Source: Octopus vulgaris (taxonomy: Eukaryota). From it: 64,000 nt of DNA. Position 1 is the stretch's first letter. Each line of letters begins with the position of its first letter. The notes beneath the pieces are model-generated. The model made no database searches. It worked only from the letters and a program-made list of their open reading frames with translations, and was not told the DNA's origin. This document shows positions 14,068-26,610 of the stretch, piece by piece. The DNA lies in contig OX597835.1 of the NCBI GenBank assembly GCA_951406725.2, positions 36,890,001-36,954,000 of the forward strand, written 5' to 3'. Both the position numbers and the translations under genes were made by a program.

Positions 14068-14103
14068 CTTTCTGTAGAAGAGCGTAGGCTCGAAACGTAA
14101 AAG
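14068..14103 (+). ncRNA. Minimal type I hammerhead ribozyme motif, variant core
   Basis: CTTT-CTGTAGA-A-GAGC gtag GCTC-GAAAC-GTA-AAAG: stem I, stem II and palindromic ACGT stem III; core has A6U. Confidence 0.6.
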
Positions 14104-14695
14104 ACATTTTCCTTTCCTGAGCGTTATACTAATACATCTGTTTGATTTGTACACCACCTGTCTTCATCTTTTGTTTTTTTCGTAAACTCTCCCTATATAT
14201 ATATATATATATATACATATATATAAATTTAATGTAGTCCTTAGTTATGGCTGGTCAGAAAGTTACCATTGGTTTCACACCTATTATGCTCTTAACAATA
14301 TTGGCGACAAATCAGACCTGCTAGCCAGAGACAAAAAAGAAACCTCTCTACAAATGGAGGTAGGAATACAGTCTTGGTCAACCAGGGTTTTGAAAAAAAA
14401 CCCTGGAATGAAATTCTTCGAAGTGAAACCCTTCTGGGTGAGTTGGAGTTATCTCCCTTTGACGGGTTCTAGTTGTGTCTAAAATGGGTCTGTTTATATA
14501 TGAGTTCTATTTCCTAGTCAGCAACCTGAGAGTTCCACGTCACCAGCATGGATTTTCTCTCACCATGACGTCACCAGCTAAATGCTTCCCTTTTAGAGTT
14601 TAAGAAGGCCTTATGGTCAAGCAAAGTTTTCAGGACACTTGTCCCCTCAGCCAAGAAAAGTTTGCATCATCTTGCGAATTATATATATATATGTG

Positions 14696-15001
14696 TGGAG
14701 GCACAATGGCCCAGTGGTTAGGGCAGCAGACTCGCAGTTGTAGGATCGTGGTTTCGATTCCCAGACCGGGCGTTGTGAGTATTTATTGAGCGAAAGCACC
14801 TAAAAGCTCCACGAGGCTCCGGCAGGGGGTGGTGATCCCTGCTGTACTCTTTTACCACTCTTTCTCCCGCTCTTCCTTCTGTTTGCCTGCTCGCTTAGCC
14901 AGCAGGGTGGCGTCATTCAAAGGCTAAAACAATGCGAATGCATTGTGACCAGCGATGTGTAACAACATCTGACAGTCTGGTCGGTCACGTGATCACATGA
15001 T

Positions 15002-15008
<7 letters not shown>
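14696..15008 (+). mobile_element. tRNA-derived SINE family A, tail variant 2
   Basis: Same head as 9939; tail ends in (GATCACGT)-like repeats; related minus copy at about 38345-38592. Confidence 0.8.
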
Positions 15009-15039
<31 letters not shown>

Positions 15040-15159
15040 GTATGTATATATTCATATATATTGTTTTGAAGAGGTCACCATCCTTAGACCCATTCCAATA
15101 CAATGGTAAATGACTAAATAAATAAATGAATGGTGAATGGGAAGGGGGATCCCCCTTCT

Positions 15160-15372
15160 CTCTCTCCCTCTCTCTACCTACCTGTCTATCTATCTATCCA
15201 TCCATCTATCTATCTACCTACCTACCTACCTACCTACCTACCTATCTATCTATCTATCTACCTACCTACCTACCTACCTATCTATCTATTTATCTATCTA
15301 TCTACCTACCTACCTATCTATCTATCTATCTATCAGCTTATCTACCTACCTATGTTTCTATCTATCTATCTC
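15160..15372. repeat. (CTAC/CTAT)n tetranucleotide microsatellite
   Basis: Direct reading. Confidence 0.95.
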
Positions 15373-15546
15373 CATTGTCATGGAACCTCACCCAAAAAAC
15401 AAAACCAATTATTGAGCCATCAATCTGAAGACTCCACTAGAGTGGATGCAAGTGCTAATATATGATTTATAGAAACATGTGACATATTAATAAATATCTG
15501 TAAATATAAAACCATCCAGATTTCTGAGTGTACCTTATTTCTTCTA

Positions 15547-15577
<31 letters not shown>

Positions 15578-15952
15578 AACATATATTTGTATATGCACAC
15601 ACCACGCATACGCATAGCACATCCATCACTATTTTATACACTTTCCTTTAAAATTAGCATGATTGCCAGAGACAAATGTTCATGTACACTCTAACACTCT
15701 GTAATTACTCTGAAGAAAGGCAGAACAATTTCTGCAATCACTCCAACTAAATTCACTGTATCATGGAGCTGAACTCTCACCACAGATGATTAATAGCATT
15801 ACACATTAGTTTATAGACTGAACTTAAAAGGCAGCATTTAGTCTGCTTGTCTGACATCCAAATATTTGCTGTTTAATGAATTGTACAATGGATACCATGT
15901 ACTAAATTAGTAATTTTATAATGAATTGAAATTCATTTATTTTTAAAGTTAA

Positions 15953-16165
15953 CCCTCTAGCATTCAGATTTCTCTGTCAAATGTAACGTTTTCTTTATAT
16001 ACATTGCTTTGAAATAATCATACACTATCTCATAGATTTGAGATTTCAACGATGTGATTGTTTATGTTTGGAATGACATTGTAGAGCTGGTATGAGAAGC
16101 AGGATCTGAATGTAAAACAGGTAGAATATTTTGGCCAGATATGGATGGTTTAAATGCTGAAGTGG
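15953..16165 (-). mobile_element. piggyBac-type MITE
   Basis: TTAA|CCCTCTAGCATT ... AATGCTGAAGTGG|TTAA: imperfect TIRs and TTAA on both sides. Confidence 0.75.
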
Positions 16166-16261
16166 TTAATAATCAACATTTATAGTTTCAGGGTGGGTGG
16201 GCACTGCTTACCCAGTGTAGCATATTCAGACTATAGGTACCTTATTTCCTAATATATATCT

Positions 16262-16493
16262 GTTTCTTTACTACCCACAAGGGGCTAAACATAGAGGGGA
16301 CAAACAAGGACAGACAAACGGATTAAGTCGAATACATCGACCCCAGTGCATAACTGGTACTTAATTTATCGACCCCGAAATGATGAAAGGCAAAGTTGAC
16401 CTTGCCGGAATTTGAACTCAGAACGTAACGGCAGACGAAATATGGCTACGCATTTCGCCCAGCGTGCTAACGGTTCTGCCAGCTCGCCGCCTT
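16262..16493 (-). mobile_element. Full-length tRNA-derived SINE family C
   Basis: Head GGCGGCGAGCTGGCAGAA..GAGTTCAAATTCC; flanking direct repeat TATTTCCTAATATATATCT at 16243-16261 and 16500-16518. Confidence 0.85.
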
Positions 16494-18242
16494 AATATAT
16501 ATTTCCTAATATATATCTTTTAAGTTTTACTTGTTTCAGTCATTAGACTGTGGCCATGCTGGTGCACCACCTTGAAGAATTTTGAGTCGAATGAATTGGA
16601 CCCAGTATTTATTTATTTTTTTTTTCAAGTTTGGTATTTGTCCTGTCAGTCTCTTTTGCCCAACTGCTAAGTCACAAGGACGCAAACACACCAACCCTGG
16701 TTGTCAAGCTACAGTGGGAGACAAACAGACACAAAGACGCACTCACACATATATACACAACAGGCTTCTTTCAGTATCTATTTACCAAATTCACTCAAGG
16801 CTTTGGTTGACCAGAGGCTATAGTCACTAGCATACTAGAGTGTGTGCTGCCCTTCCGTTTGTTGCCTCCGGACCCCCACGAAAAAAGCACAGATTGCCTT
16901 TAGGAGACCCAAAAGTGCCACCTGGGGTGCACCTCCACACGCCCCCAGCTACACTAGGCATGGCTGTGTGGTAATTTTGCTTGCTTTCCAACCATATGGT
17001 TCTGGATTCAGTCCCACTGCATGACTCCTTGGGCAAGTGTCTTCTGCTATAGCTTTGGGCCGACCAAAGCCTTGTGAGTGGATTTGGTAGATGGAAACTG
17101 AAAGAAGCCTGTCATATATATATGTATGTGTGTGTGTGTGTGTGTCTGTGTTTGTCCGCCCAACATCACTTGACAACCAATGCTGGTATGTTTACATCCC
17201 CTTAACTTAGCAGTTCAACAAATGAGACCCATAGAATAAGTACTGGGATTACTAAGAATAAGTCCTGGGGTCGATTTGCTCAACTAAAGGCAATGCTCCA
17301 GCATTGCCATAGTCAAATGACTGAAACAAGTAAATAATAATTAAAAGAATATATTTGTGTATATATGTATGTATATATTTATGTGTGTGTATCTTTGTGT
17401 CTGTCTTTTTTCCTCTGTCACTGCTTGACAACCAATGTAGGTTTGTTTACATCCCCATAACTTAGCAGTTCAGCCAAAGAGACCAATATGATAAGTACTA
17501 GGCTTACAAAGAATAAATACTAGGTTTAATTTCTTTTACTGAAAAAGCTTTTAAAGAAATGCTCCAGTATGGCCGCAGTCTAATGACTGAAACAAGTAAA
17601 AGAATATAAAAATAGGCATAGCTGTGTGGTAAGATTGCTTCGCAACCACATGGTTCTGGGTTCAGTCCCACTGTGTGGTACCTTGTACAAGTATCTTCTA
17701 CTATAGCCCTGGGCTGACCAAAACCTTGTGAGTAGATTTAGCTGATGGAAACTGAAGGAAGCCCATTATTATGTGTTTGTGTGTGTGTGTATGTATTTAT
17801 GTGGGGGTGTATGCGTTTATGTGGGGGGCATGTATCTGTTTGTGTATGTGTTTGTGTGTGCATATGTTTGTGTATGTGTATATTATGTGTTTGTGTGTGT
17901 GTATATGTATGTATCTGTTTGTGTGTGGTGGAGGGGTGTGTATGTGTTTGTGTGTGTGGGCGTGTGTGAGTTTGCTTCTCATTGTCTTGACATTCTGTGA
18001 TACTCATAAATGAGTGTCACCGCCATTCAAAATGTGACATTTGTTTCCAGTTTTGTACAAGAACATGTCTGGCCTTAGAGAAAACATTACCTTTCTTGGC
18101 AACAGGTAAGCATCCATGACAGCAGCAGCTGCAAAAAAGTTCTCCCTCATAAAACTCCATCAGACACATGTAAGCCCAGAAATGTAAGTATCAAAACGAT
18201 GCTGATTCTTGTCCTTCTTCATTCATATTGTCTACTTTACTT

Positions 18243-18271
18243 ATTCCTTTTCTTTTCTTTTTTCTTTGCAG
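18243..18271 (+). promoter_or_regulatory. 3' splice acceptor of the GPCR coding exon
   Basis: Polypyrimidine tract TTCCTTTTCTTTTCTTTTTTCTTTG then CAG; exon would start at 18272, 4 nt before the ATG. Confidence 0.7.
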
Positions 18272-18275
18272 TTTG

Positions 18276-19310
18276 ATGATGGATGTCATTCAGAAAATGG
18301 AACAAGGTGTCAGAGAGAACAATGATACTGTACCAAGATTCAACCAAACTTTATCGGTCAAAGATTTCCAAGACATTCTATCAGAGAATAACCACTGGAT
18401 GGAACCGTCGACCGAAGTGTGTCTTATAGTGGCCTATTCTCTCGTTATGATATTTGGCATAGTTAGCAATTTCCTAGTTTGCTATGTCGTATATCGGAAC
18501 AAACAACTATGGTACCCGCTCAACTTCCTCATTGTAAACTTGGCTGTATGTGATGTGTTCCTCAGTTTCAGCCTACCATTGACACTATCGAAGCTAATTC
18601 TTCAGTTCTGGATCTTCGGAAACATTATGTGTAAGATTACCTCGGCAGTACAGACTTTGGTAACGTTTGTGTCAACGTTTACGATCGTATCGATTGCTAT
18701 CGAACGGTACCATATCATTGTGAACAATAAAAACAGAGGAAAGACCAACCAAGCAATTGTTGTTGGCAACATTTTGGTAATCTGGACGGCAGCGCTTTGT
18801 TTAAGCATCCCCATGTTTATATTCCATCGCGTCGACAAAAAGGAGATCATACCGACGCTGCTTGTCTACGAGATATGCATCGAGACATGGTCATCGTATG
18901 TTGCTCGTGCCACTTTTACATCCTGTCTTGTACTCTTACAGTATTTATTCCCCTTGATACTCATTATCGCGATGCACTACCAAATCTACAATTATTTGCG
19001 GCAACAGATCCTGAAAAGTTTCATCTACGACAAACGGACTATAAAGATCTACAAACGCAACAAGAGGAACCTTATCATTCTCACGACCACCACAATGACG
19101 TTTGCCATCACATGGCTCCCCGTTACCATCTTAAATGTTTTGGTTGATTATGACCACCGCCTCTTCGGTGGATCGAACTTCAATCTTACCTACTCCATAT
19201 GTCTTTTGATAGCTATCAGTTCCGTCTCCATCAACCCCATTGTCTATGGGTTATTAAATAGCAAGTTTAGGGCAGCACTTTCTGATATCTCGCCCTTTAC
19301 CATGCTGTAA
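18276..19310 (+). CDS. Class A (rhodopsin-like) GPCR, neuropeptide Y/F receptor-like, 344 aa, single coding exon
   Basis: Seven hydrophobic segments; N-terminal NDT/NQT sequons; NLAVCD (TM2), WIFG..CK, Q in TM3, ERY, ECL2 CIETW, TM5 LLQYLFPL, TM6 FAITWLP..N...D, TM7 NPIVYGLLNSKFR, which resemble NPY/NPF receptor motifs. The ORF-track start at 18228 is a TTG inside the intron pyrimidine tract. Confidence 0.9.
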   Translation: MMDVIQKMEQGVRENNDTVPRFNQTLSVKDFQDILSENNHWMEPSTEVCLIVAYSLVMIFGIVSNFLVCYVVYRNKQLWYPLNFLIVNLAVCDVFLSFSLPLTLSKLILQFWIFGNIMCKITSAVQTLVTFVSTFTIVSIAIERYHIIVNNKNRGKTNQAIVVGNILVIWTAALCLSIPMFIFHRVDKKEIIPTLLVYEICIETWSSYVARATFTSCLVLLQYLFPLILIIAMHYQIYNYLRQQILKSFIYDKRTIKIYKRNKRNLIILTTTTMTFAITWLPVTILNVLVDYDHRLFGGSNFNLTYSICLLIAISSVSINPIVYGLLNSKFRAALSDISPFTML

Positions 19311-19442
19311 AAAGAAGGGGTTTGTGCACAGAGAGGTTTGCTAAATATTTAAATCTGGTGTTATTCTGGGAATGTTGCAATCTCCAAACTGAATTGACTT
19401 CTTGGACTTAAATAACTATTTTTCCCTGATATTTGCAATGTT

Positions 19443-19448
19443 ATTAAA
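19443..19448 (+). promoter_or_regulatory. Candidate polyadenylation signal ATTAAA
   Basis: 133 nt after the GPCR stop and upstream of TG/TA-rich sequence; could be chance in AT-rich DNA. Confidence 0.25.
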
Positions 19449-19561
19449 CATGCAGGTGAATGTTACACATATTGATGAACATTTTATATAATATATGCAT
19501 ATATATATGTGTGTGTGTGAGAGTGTATATATATATGTATATATATATGTATGTATGTATG

Positions 19562-19662
<101 letters not shown>

Positions 19663-19770
19663 GCATGTATTTGTGCTTGTGTGTGTACATATGTGTATAT
19701 ATGTGTATGTCTGGATTGGTATGATATAGATACAAAAGACACATACACATAGATAAACATATGTATGTAT

Positions 19771-19814
<44 letters not shown>

Positions 19815-20183
19815 CATGCACACACATATACACAGTGTAATATATATGTGAAAGCATTATATGTATTGTATAGTGTAAAATATATAAGACATCCTTTTCA
19901 GAAAGATAATTATCCTATACTCAGGTAAGTCATATCCGTCTTGAAACCACAAACTGATATCACACATATATACATATATATGTATGTGTGTGTGTGTGTG
20001 TTTGTATTTATGTATGTATGAATAAATATGTATTTATATGTAAGTCTATGTGTGCAAATGTATGTATTTATGTATATGTATATGCATATATGTATGTATA
20101 TGTGTATACATATATATGTGTGCGTGTTTATATGTATATCTATATATGTATATATATACTTCATTTAAAAGCAGCAGAAATAT

Positions 20184-20236
20184 AACAAAAGCTGTTACTC
20201 AGAGTTTCAAGTTCCCGCTCGTCAGACAGTTTTGTT
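20184..20236 (-). ncRNA. Type I hammerhead ribozyme motif
   Basis: Minus: AACAAAACTGT-CTGACGA-GCGGGAACTT-GAAAC-TCTGA-GTA-ACAGCTTTTGTT; stem I 4+7 bp with a bulge, near-palindromic stem III ACTC-T-GAGT, weak stem II. Confidence 0.7.
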
Positions 20237-20761
20237 AAAATATAAATTATGTTTGAGACTATTTGTATATATGTATATACAGATATATATATGTGTGCGT
20301 ATACATATACATACATACATACATACATACATGCATGCATATACTTGCTACATGCATGGCATAAAATTAAATTGTAAATGGTCAGGGAATGATGTTCAAT
20401 GTATTTTTGCTGTGATATGCGTGAAGAAAGTACCCCGATGGTGAGATTCTTCATAAAAGTCTCTTGGAGACGACAGAACGGATCGGTGATGATAAAACCT
20501 CAGAATTCTTACTTATTTTTATCATTCTAATAATATTTAAAACAAAACTCATGAGAAAACAAAAGAAGGGTCTTAGTTTGAGTGGAGCCCGAAAGTAGAC
20601 CCCCTATGGAAATGTTTTTTATATTTGCTTTCAGCAAAGTGTGTGTGCATATATATATATATATATATGTATAAATATATATATATATATGTATATATGT
20701 ATATATATATATATATATATAACCCATGCTAGCATGGAGAACGGACGTTAAACGATGATGA

Positions 20762-20818
<57 letters not shown>

Positions 20819-21347
20819 TTGGGTTTTCAGTTAAATTCTTCATTCTTTCTCTATTTGTCATTGTCATTCCATGTTGACATGACTGAAATGAGGAAAATTT
20901 TATTGTTTATTCAAATTTTTAAAAAAATTATTAACAAAAGTTTACTGAAGAAGGGTAACACTAAAAAAAAAAGAAGAAAAAAAAACACACAACTCTCCAA
21001 TAAAAATATTTTTCATGTTAATTCAAATATTGGAAATTATTAAAATAAGGAAAAAAAAAATAACCCAATGAATTTTTCTGACAACTTAACACACACACTA
21101 ATATTGCAAAATGAGAATGAATTATCAACACCAAGCTGGTGGGTAAAACAAATAAACATGTTATCCTCAAATCCCGTACAGTCTCGTGTAACCTCTTGTA
21201 TTTTCACCCAAGACAGAGACGAGTACGAACATTCTCACGTAGCAGGCTTGATAATTGTTGAGTGATTCCCACCATGAAACCATTGGTAGCCTTGTTAACT
21301 CACAAATAAAACTAATGAGTGTATATATATATATACATACATGTATG

Positions 21348-21394
<47 letters not shown>

Positions 21395-22136
21395 GTATAT
21401 GTATATATATATATATATATATATACACATACACACTCAAGTGGCATCTATTTACAGCTAAGTTGGACTGTGTTATTTGTTGTTGTTGTTGCTGTTAATC
21501 TTAAATCAACCCTAATTGAGTAGGTCTATGATCAAATGTATTCCAGCCATGACCATCTCATCTATTATTGAAACACATTACTCCTACATTATATCATCTA
21601 ATTTCTCACAACTTTTTCTTTTTTTGTTAAGATGTGTGGGTGGTGTAATTCAAGAGGAATGTAGCTGTTATTTCTAGCAAGCCAAGTTTCTGCTTAGACG
21701 TGCCCTCAATTATGTTATCCATCTATCATAAAAACCATGTTGTAGCAGGTGTCAAGTATGCGTTATGGCCCTTTCCTCACCTGAGTACTCAGTGGTTTGG
21801 ATGTTTTAATTTTTTTTACTTGTTTCAGTCACTGGACTGTGGCCATGCTGGGGCACCACCTTGAAGGGTTTAGTCGAACAAATCGATACAAATCGATCCC
21901 TGTACTTGAGATTTTTAAGCCTGTTACTTACTCCCTCAGTCTTTTTTTCTTGAATTGCTAAGTCACAGGGATGTAAACAAACCAGCACCAGTTGTCAAAT
22001 GGTGATCGTGGTCAAACACAGAGACAAACCCACTCACAAGAGTGTGATTGGCTTGGGCATTGTGTGGCACCCAAGGATTGAACCTGGAACCATGTGGTTG
22101 GGAAGCAAACTGCTTACTACACAATCATATATACAT

Positions 22137-22168
<32 letters not shown>

Positions 22169-23206
22169 ATGTATATACATTTATATGTGTGTGTGTGTGT
22201 CTGTTTGTATGTATGCAACAAGCTTCTTTCAGTTCCATCTCCCAAATACATTCAAGGCTTTGGTCAGCCCAGGGCTGTAGTAGACAAAACTTACCCAAGG
22301 TGCCATGCAGTGGGACTGAACCCAGAACCATGTAGTTGAGAAGCAGACTTCTTACCACTTGGCCACACGTGTGCCTCAGATATTTGTATCAACCGCTTTA
22401 ATCAACTGGCTACTTCCATGCCAAAGGACTCCTCAGTTTGAACAGGCCTGGGGCTAATGACTACAAGAATGGTCTAAAGGAATTTCCACATTTTTGTAGG
22501 GGTTTTTGGACCTACTAGAAATAGCAGCATAATTTCCTTCAAGTCACATCCTACTGTCTTGGAGAGTGTCTGGATCCCCTTTAGTCATAGGCTTGCTCAG
22601 TTAGGGTTGATCTAAATCTCTGCAACAACAACAGCAGTTATAACAACAATAATTTCAATGATTGTCAAGTGCAGTCAATAAGCCTGGCAAGGGATGAGCT
22701 CCACTACACAGTCCAGTCCTACCTTTAAGACACAGACCCAGTGCATGAATATAATGATATTCTATTATGACCCTGCAGCCTCGCAACCCTGTGACATATA
22801 TAACTTTCCATAGTTATATATGGAAGGAAGTATCTGCCAAAAAAGAAAACTTGTATACAATCACACATAAATTTAGATTATACATACAAGAAATATTTTA
22901 TATACGCACATTCTATTTATTAATTGGTTGTTTCTGATGTTACTGTTTGACCAGAGGCCAGCTCGGATTGAGTTGGGCAGACCTATGATGAAAGACATTC
23001 CAGCCATGACCTTTTTCTTATTTTTTAACAAATGCAAAAATACATTATTTAATGTGTCCGCCCATATTCTTTCTTTTAAAAGACTCCAGAGTTTGATATG
23101 AGGGATATTTGGTGGTGCTATATTTAGCAGATTGACTGACCCCTATGGAAGGTACTGGTCCCTTCTAATTTCAATATTCTAGTGATTCTGCAGTGTTATG
23201 CTTTGA

Positions 23207-23980
23207 CCCTTTTGGTACCTACCCACTAAAGGCTAACCTGTGGTCTGTGACAAAAATTCCCTATTCTTGAAGGATCTACATTGAAACTTTTCATATAAAT
23301 TTTACGTTATGTTCCAAGCACCAAATGAATTATGACAAATTTATTTTATTAAATTCTTCATTATCCTAAAAATTATTTGAAACAAAGGCAATATATGTCA
23401 GCAGAAATATGGTAACAAAAAGGTTAAATTCATTTAAATTATAAATGTTATTTTATATTTCAAAAATACTAGTTTAATGATGATTAAATGTATTTTATTA
23501 GATTTTTCATTATTTTAAAAATTAGTTGAAACAAAGGCAATATATTTCAACAGAAATATGGTAACAAGAGTGTTAAAGTGATCAAAATTATAATCTTTCA
23601 TCAAAATTTTATGTTAATTTTCATTCCAGACACCAGCTAATTAACGAGAAAGTTTTTTTATTAAATTCTTCATTATCTTAAAAATTATTTGAAACAAAGG
23701 CAATATATGTCAGCAGAAATATGGTAACAAAAGGGTTAAAGTCATTTAAATTATAATTTTTCGTCAAAATATGTTATTTTATATTTCAAAAATATTAGTT
23801 TATTGATGATTAAATGTATTTTATTAGAGTTTTCATTATTTTAAAAATTAGTTAAAACAAAGGCAATATATGTCAGCAGAAATATGGTAACAAAAGTGTC
23901 AAAGTAATCAAAATTTTATGTTAATTTTCATTCCAGACACCAGCTAATTAACGAGAAAGTTATTTTACTAAATTCTTTTT
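23207..23980 (+). mobile_element. piggyBac-type MITE with tandemly reiterated 3' end
   Basis: Left end TTGA|CCCTTTTGGTACC; right-end motif GAAACAAAGGCAATATATGTCAGCAGAAATATGGTAACAAAAGGG|TTAA recurs (with variation) near 23380, 23528, 23691, 23854. Confidence 0.6.
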
Positions 23981-25042
23981 TTTCATTCTCAGTTCAAACT
24001 CTGTTATGGCCAACTTGGGTGTTAGACATAATCTACCATGTTGTTTAGCACCACCATCACCTTGTCCTTGGGTGCCTTTAGCAGACTGTTTTGTTATAAG
24101 TATTCATGTCAGGTCTCCAGTTTGTGCATACTCTCATTCCAAACTTGTGCCAGTCTTGGAGCGGAATGAGACAAATGAGCAGAGTTTGGGTGCTGACAAT
24201 TTGGCATGGCTGATATTGGACATTCAACCTGTTTTGGTGACAATTCTGGAAGCAAACATACACACGCACACATACACACACACACACACACACACATACA
24301 CATACACACACATGCACACACATGCACACACACACATGCACATACACACACACATACACATACACACACATGCACACACACACACATGCGTACATGCACA
24401 TATATATGCACTTAAAGCGAGAGAGATTGCAACTTATTAATTGAACATACTCAAATGGCGGTGCCCCAGCATGGCCACAGCTCGTGAGCTGAAACTAGAT
24501 AAAATAAAATAAAAAATAAATACACATAAAACACACATACACATAAAAAGAAATATGTTTACACATTCTCTTTCCATCTCTCTCTCTTCCCCTCTCTCTC
24601 TCTCTCACTCTCTCTCTCTGGCCAGGTAACCTTGTACCTCCTCTGTAACAAGACCTTTGTTTCTGTCCCTCTGCCACACTCTAACCTTTTTTTCATCAGA
24701 CACAAGGTCACTCCCTCCAAAGCCCCCCTACCCTCTCAAAAAGTTACTTGGTGACCCTGCCAGTGCTGGTGCCACATAAAAAGCATCCAGTCCGCACTGT
24801 GAAGTGGTTGGCATTTGGAAGGGCATCCAGCTGTAAAAGCCATGCCAAAACAAACCTCACCTGTGCTGGTGCCATATAAAAAAAAACTCAGTCCACTCTG
24901 TGGGGAGGTTGGCATTTGGAAGGGCATCCAACCATAAAAACCCTGCCAAAACAGACACTTAGCCAAGGTACTACACAGTGGGACTGAACTCGGAACCATG
25001 TGGTTGGGAAGCCAGCTTCTTAGCACACAGCTACACACACAA

Positions 25043-25095
<53 letters not shown>

Positions 25096-26129
25096 GTTAG
25101 GAAGGGCATCCAGCTGTAGAAACATTGCCAGATAAGACTGGAGCCTGGTGCAGCCTTCTGGCTTCCCAGATCCCCGGTCGAACCATCCAACCCATGCTAG
25201 CATGGAGAACGGACGTTAAACGATGATGATGATGATGATGATATATATATAGTGGGAGAGAGAGAGGGAGCCATTACCTCATACATACAACTATAACTAG
25301 ATGCTCACACTCTAACAGAGAGAGTGAGTGGGAGAGAGCGAAAGAAACATTATAATTAATGTCAGATGTCAAATAAGTCAGCATCGATTCAGTAATGCTA
25401 AATAGATGATTCCAAAACAGCTATGCCAAAATGTGTTTCATCCATCTTGGAGGCTCCGTAAAGAATCACAGGCAGTGCATTCCTTGTGACTTGGCACGAA
25501 AAAGAGAAAAAAAATGATCTAAAGAGAAGATACTGGTAAAAAAACTTTTCAACACATGAATTCTAGCCGAATCAAATGCAATACTTATGCGGTGTAAACA
25601 TTGCTGGATTATGGACAATGTAACCATGTAAGTTTCAAATCTTACCACTACAACCAGTGAGTTTGTGCCCCTGACTACATCGTGTAATCAAGGCTGATAA
25701 CTCTTGTTCACGCTTGACTAATTACAAACAAGTAACTGTAAAGAGAACAGAAGATCAAAATGATTAAAAAAAAAAAACTACAGGTTCCTCTCCAGTTTCA
25801 CAGTTGAGTGGTTTGTGGTAAAAAAAAATACCATCCAAACTTTAAAAAAAAAATCACACTAACATAAAAAAAATTATTCGTCCTACCTTTTCATGGGGAA
25901 TGGGTGTAAAAACTGAAAAAATAAATGAATAAAATTATGATAATTAAAAAGATAATTATATAATTATTTCTTCATTGTTTTTAATCAGAGAATTTCTGTG
26001 ATACATATTTATGTAGTTTATTCTTTCAGAAATGCTGGAGTTTTTGTTCTTGTTGTTGTAGTTTCTGGTTGATCTCTATGAGCATGGAAAAATGGATGTT
26101 AAATTAATGAGGGTGATTATATCATGAGA

Positions 26130-26610
26130 TTGTGCCGGTGGCACGTAAAAAGCACCATCCGATCGTGGCCGTTTGCCAGCCTCGTCTGGTCTCCATGCCG
26201 GTGGCACATAAAAAGCACCATCCGATCGTGGCCGTTTGCCAGCCTCGTCTGGCCTCCATGCCGGTGGCACATAAAAATCACCATCCGATCGTGGCCGTTT
26301 GCCAGCCTCGTCTGGTCTCCATGCCGGTGGCACATAAAAAGCACCATCCGATCGTGGCCGTTTGCCAGCCTCGTCTGACCTTCGTGTCAATGGCACGTAA
26401 AACACACCATTCGATCGATGCCGGTTGCCAGCCTCATCTGGCACCTGTGCTGGTGGCATGTAAAAAGCACCCACTACACTCACGGAGTGGTTGGCGTAAG
26501 GAAGAGCATCCAGCTGTAGAAACTCTGCAAGATCAGACTGGGCTTGGCGCAGCCTTCTGACTTTCCAACCCTTGCTAGCATGGAAAGCAGACGTTAAATG
26601 ATGATGATTG
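26130..26610 (+). mobile_element. RTE 3'-UTR-derived element with 63 bp tandem array (about 5 units)
   Basis: Unit GCCGGTGGCACATAAAAAGCACCATCCGATCGTGGCCGTTTGCCAGCCTCGTCTGGTCTCCAT; downstream matches the RTE 3' UTR and ends in (ATG)n. Confidence 0.85.

Noticed and set aside
18228-18275. Hydrophobic N-terminal extension (signal peptide-like) on the GPCR
   Set aside because: Starts at TTG and is the translated intronic polypyrimidine tract
26130-26460. CAGACGAG..CAAAC in the 63 bp unit as a hammerhead core
   Set aside because: Lacks CUGANGA and GAAA; the segment is better explained as a simple GCCAG/CTGGC hairpin
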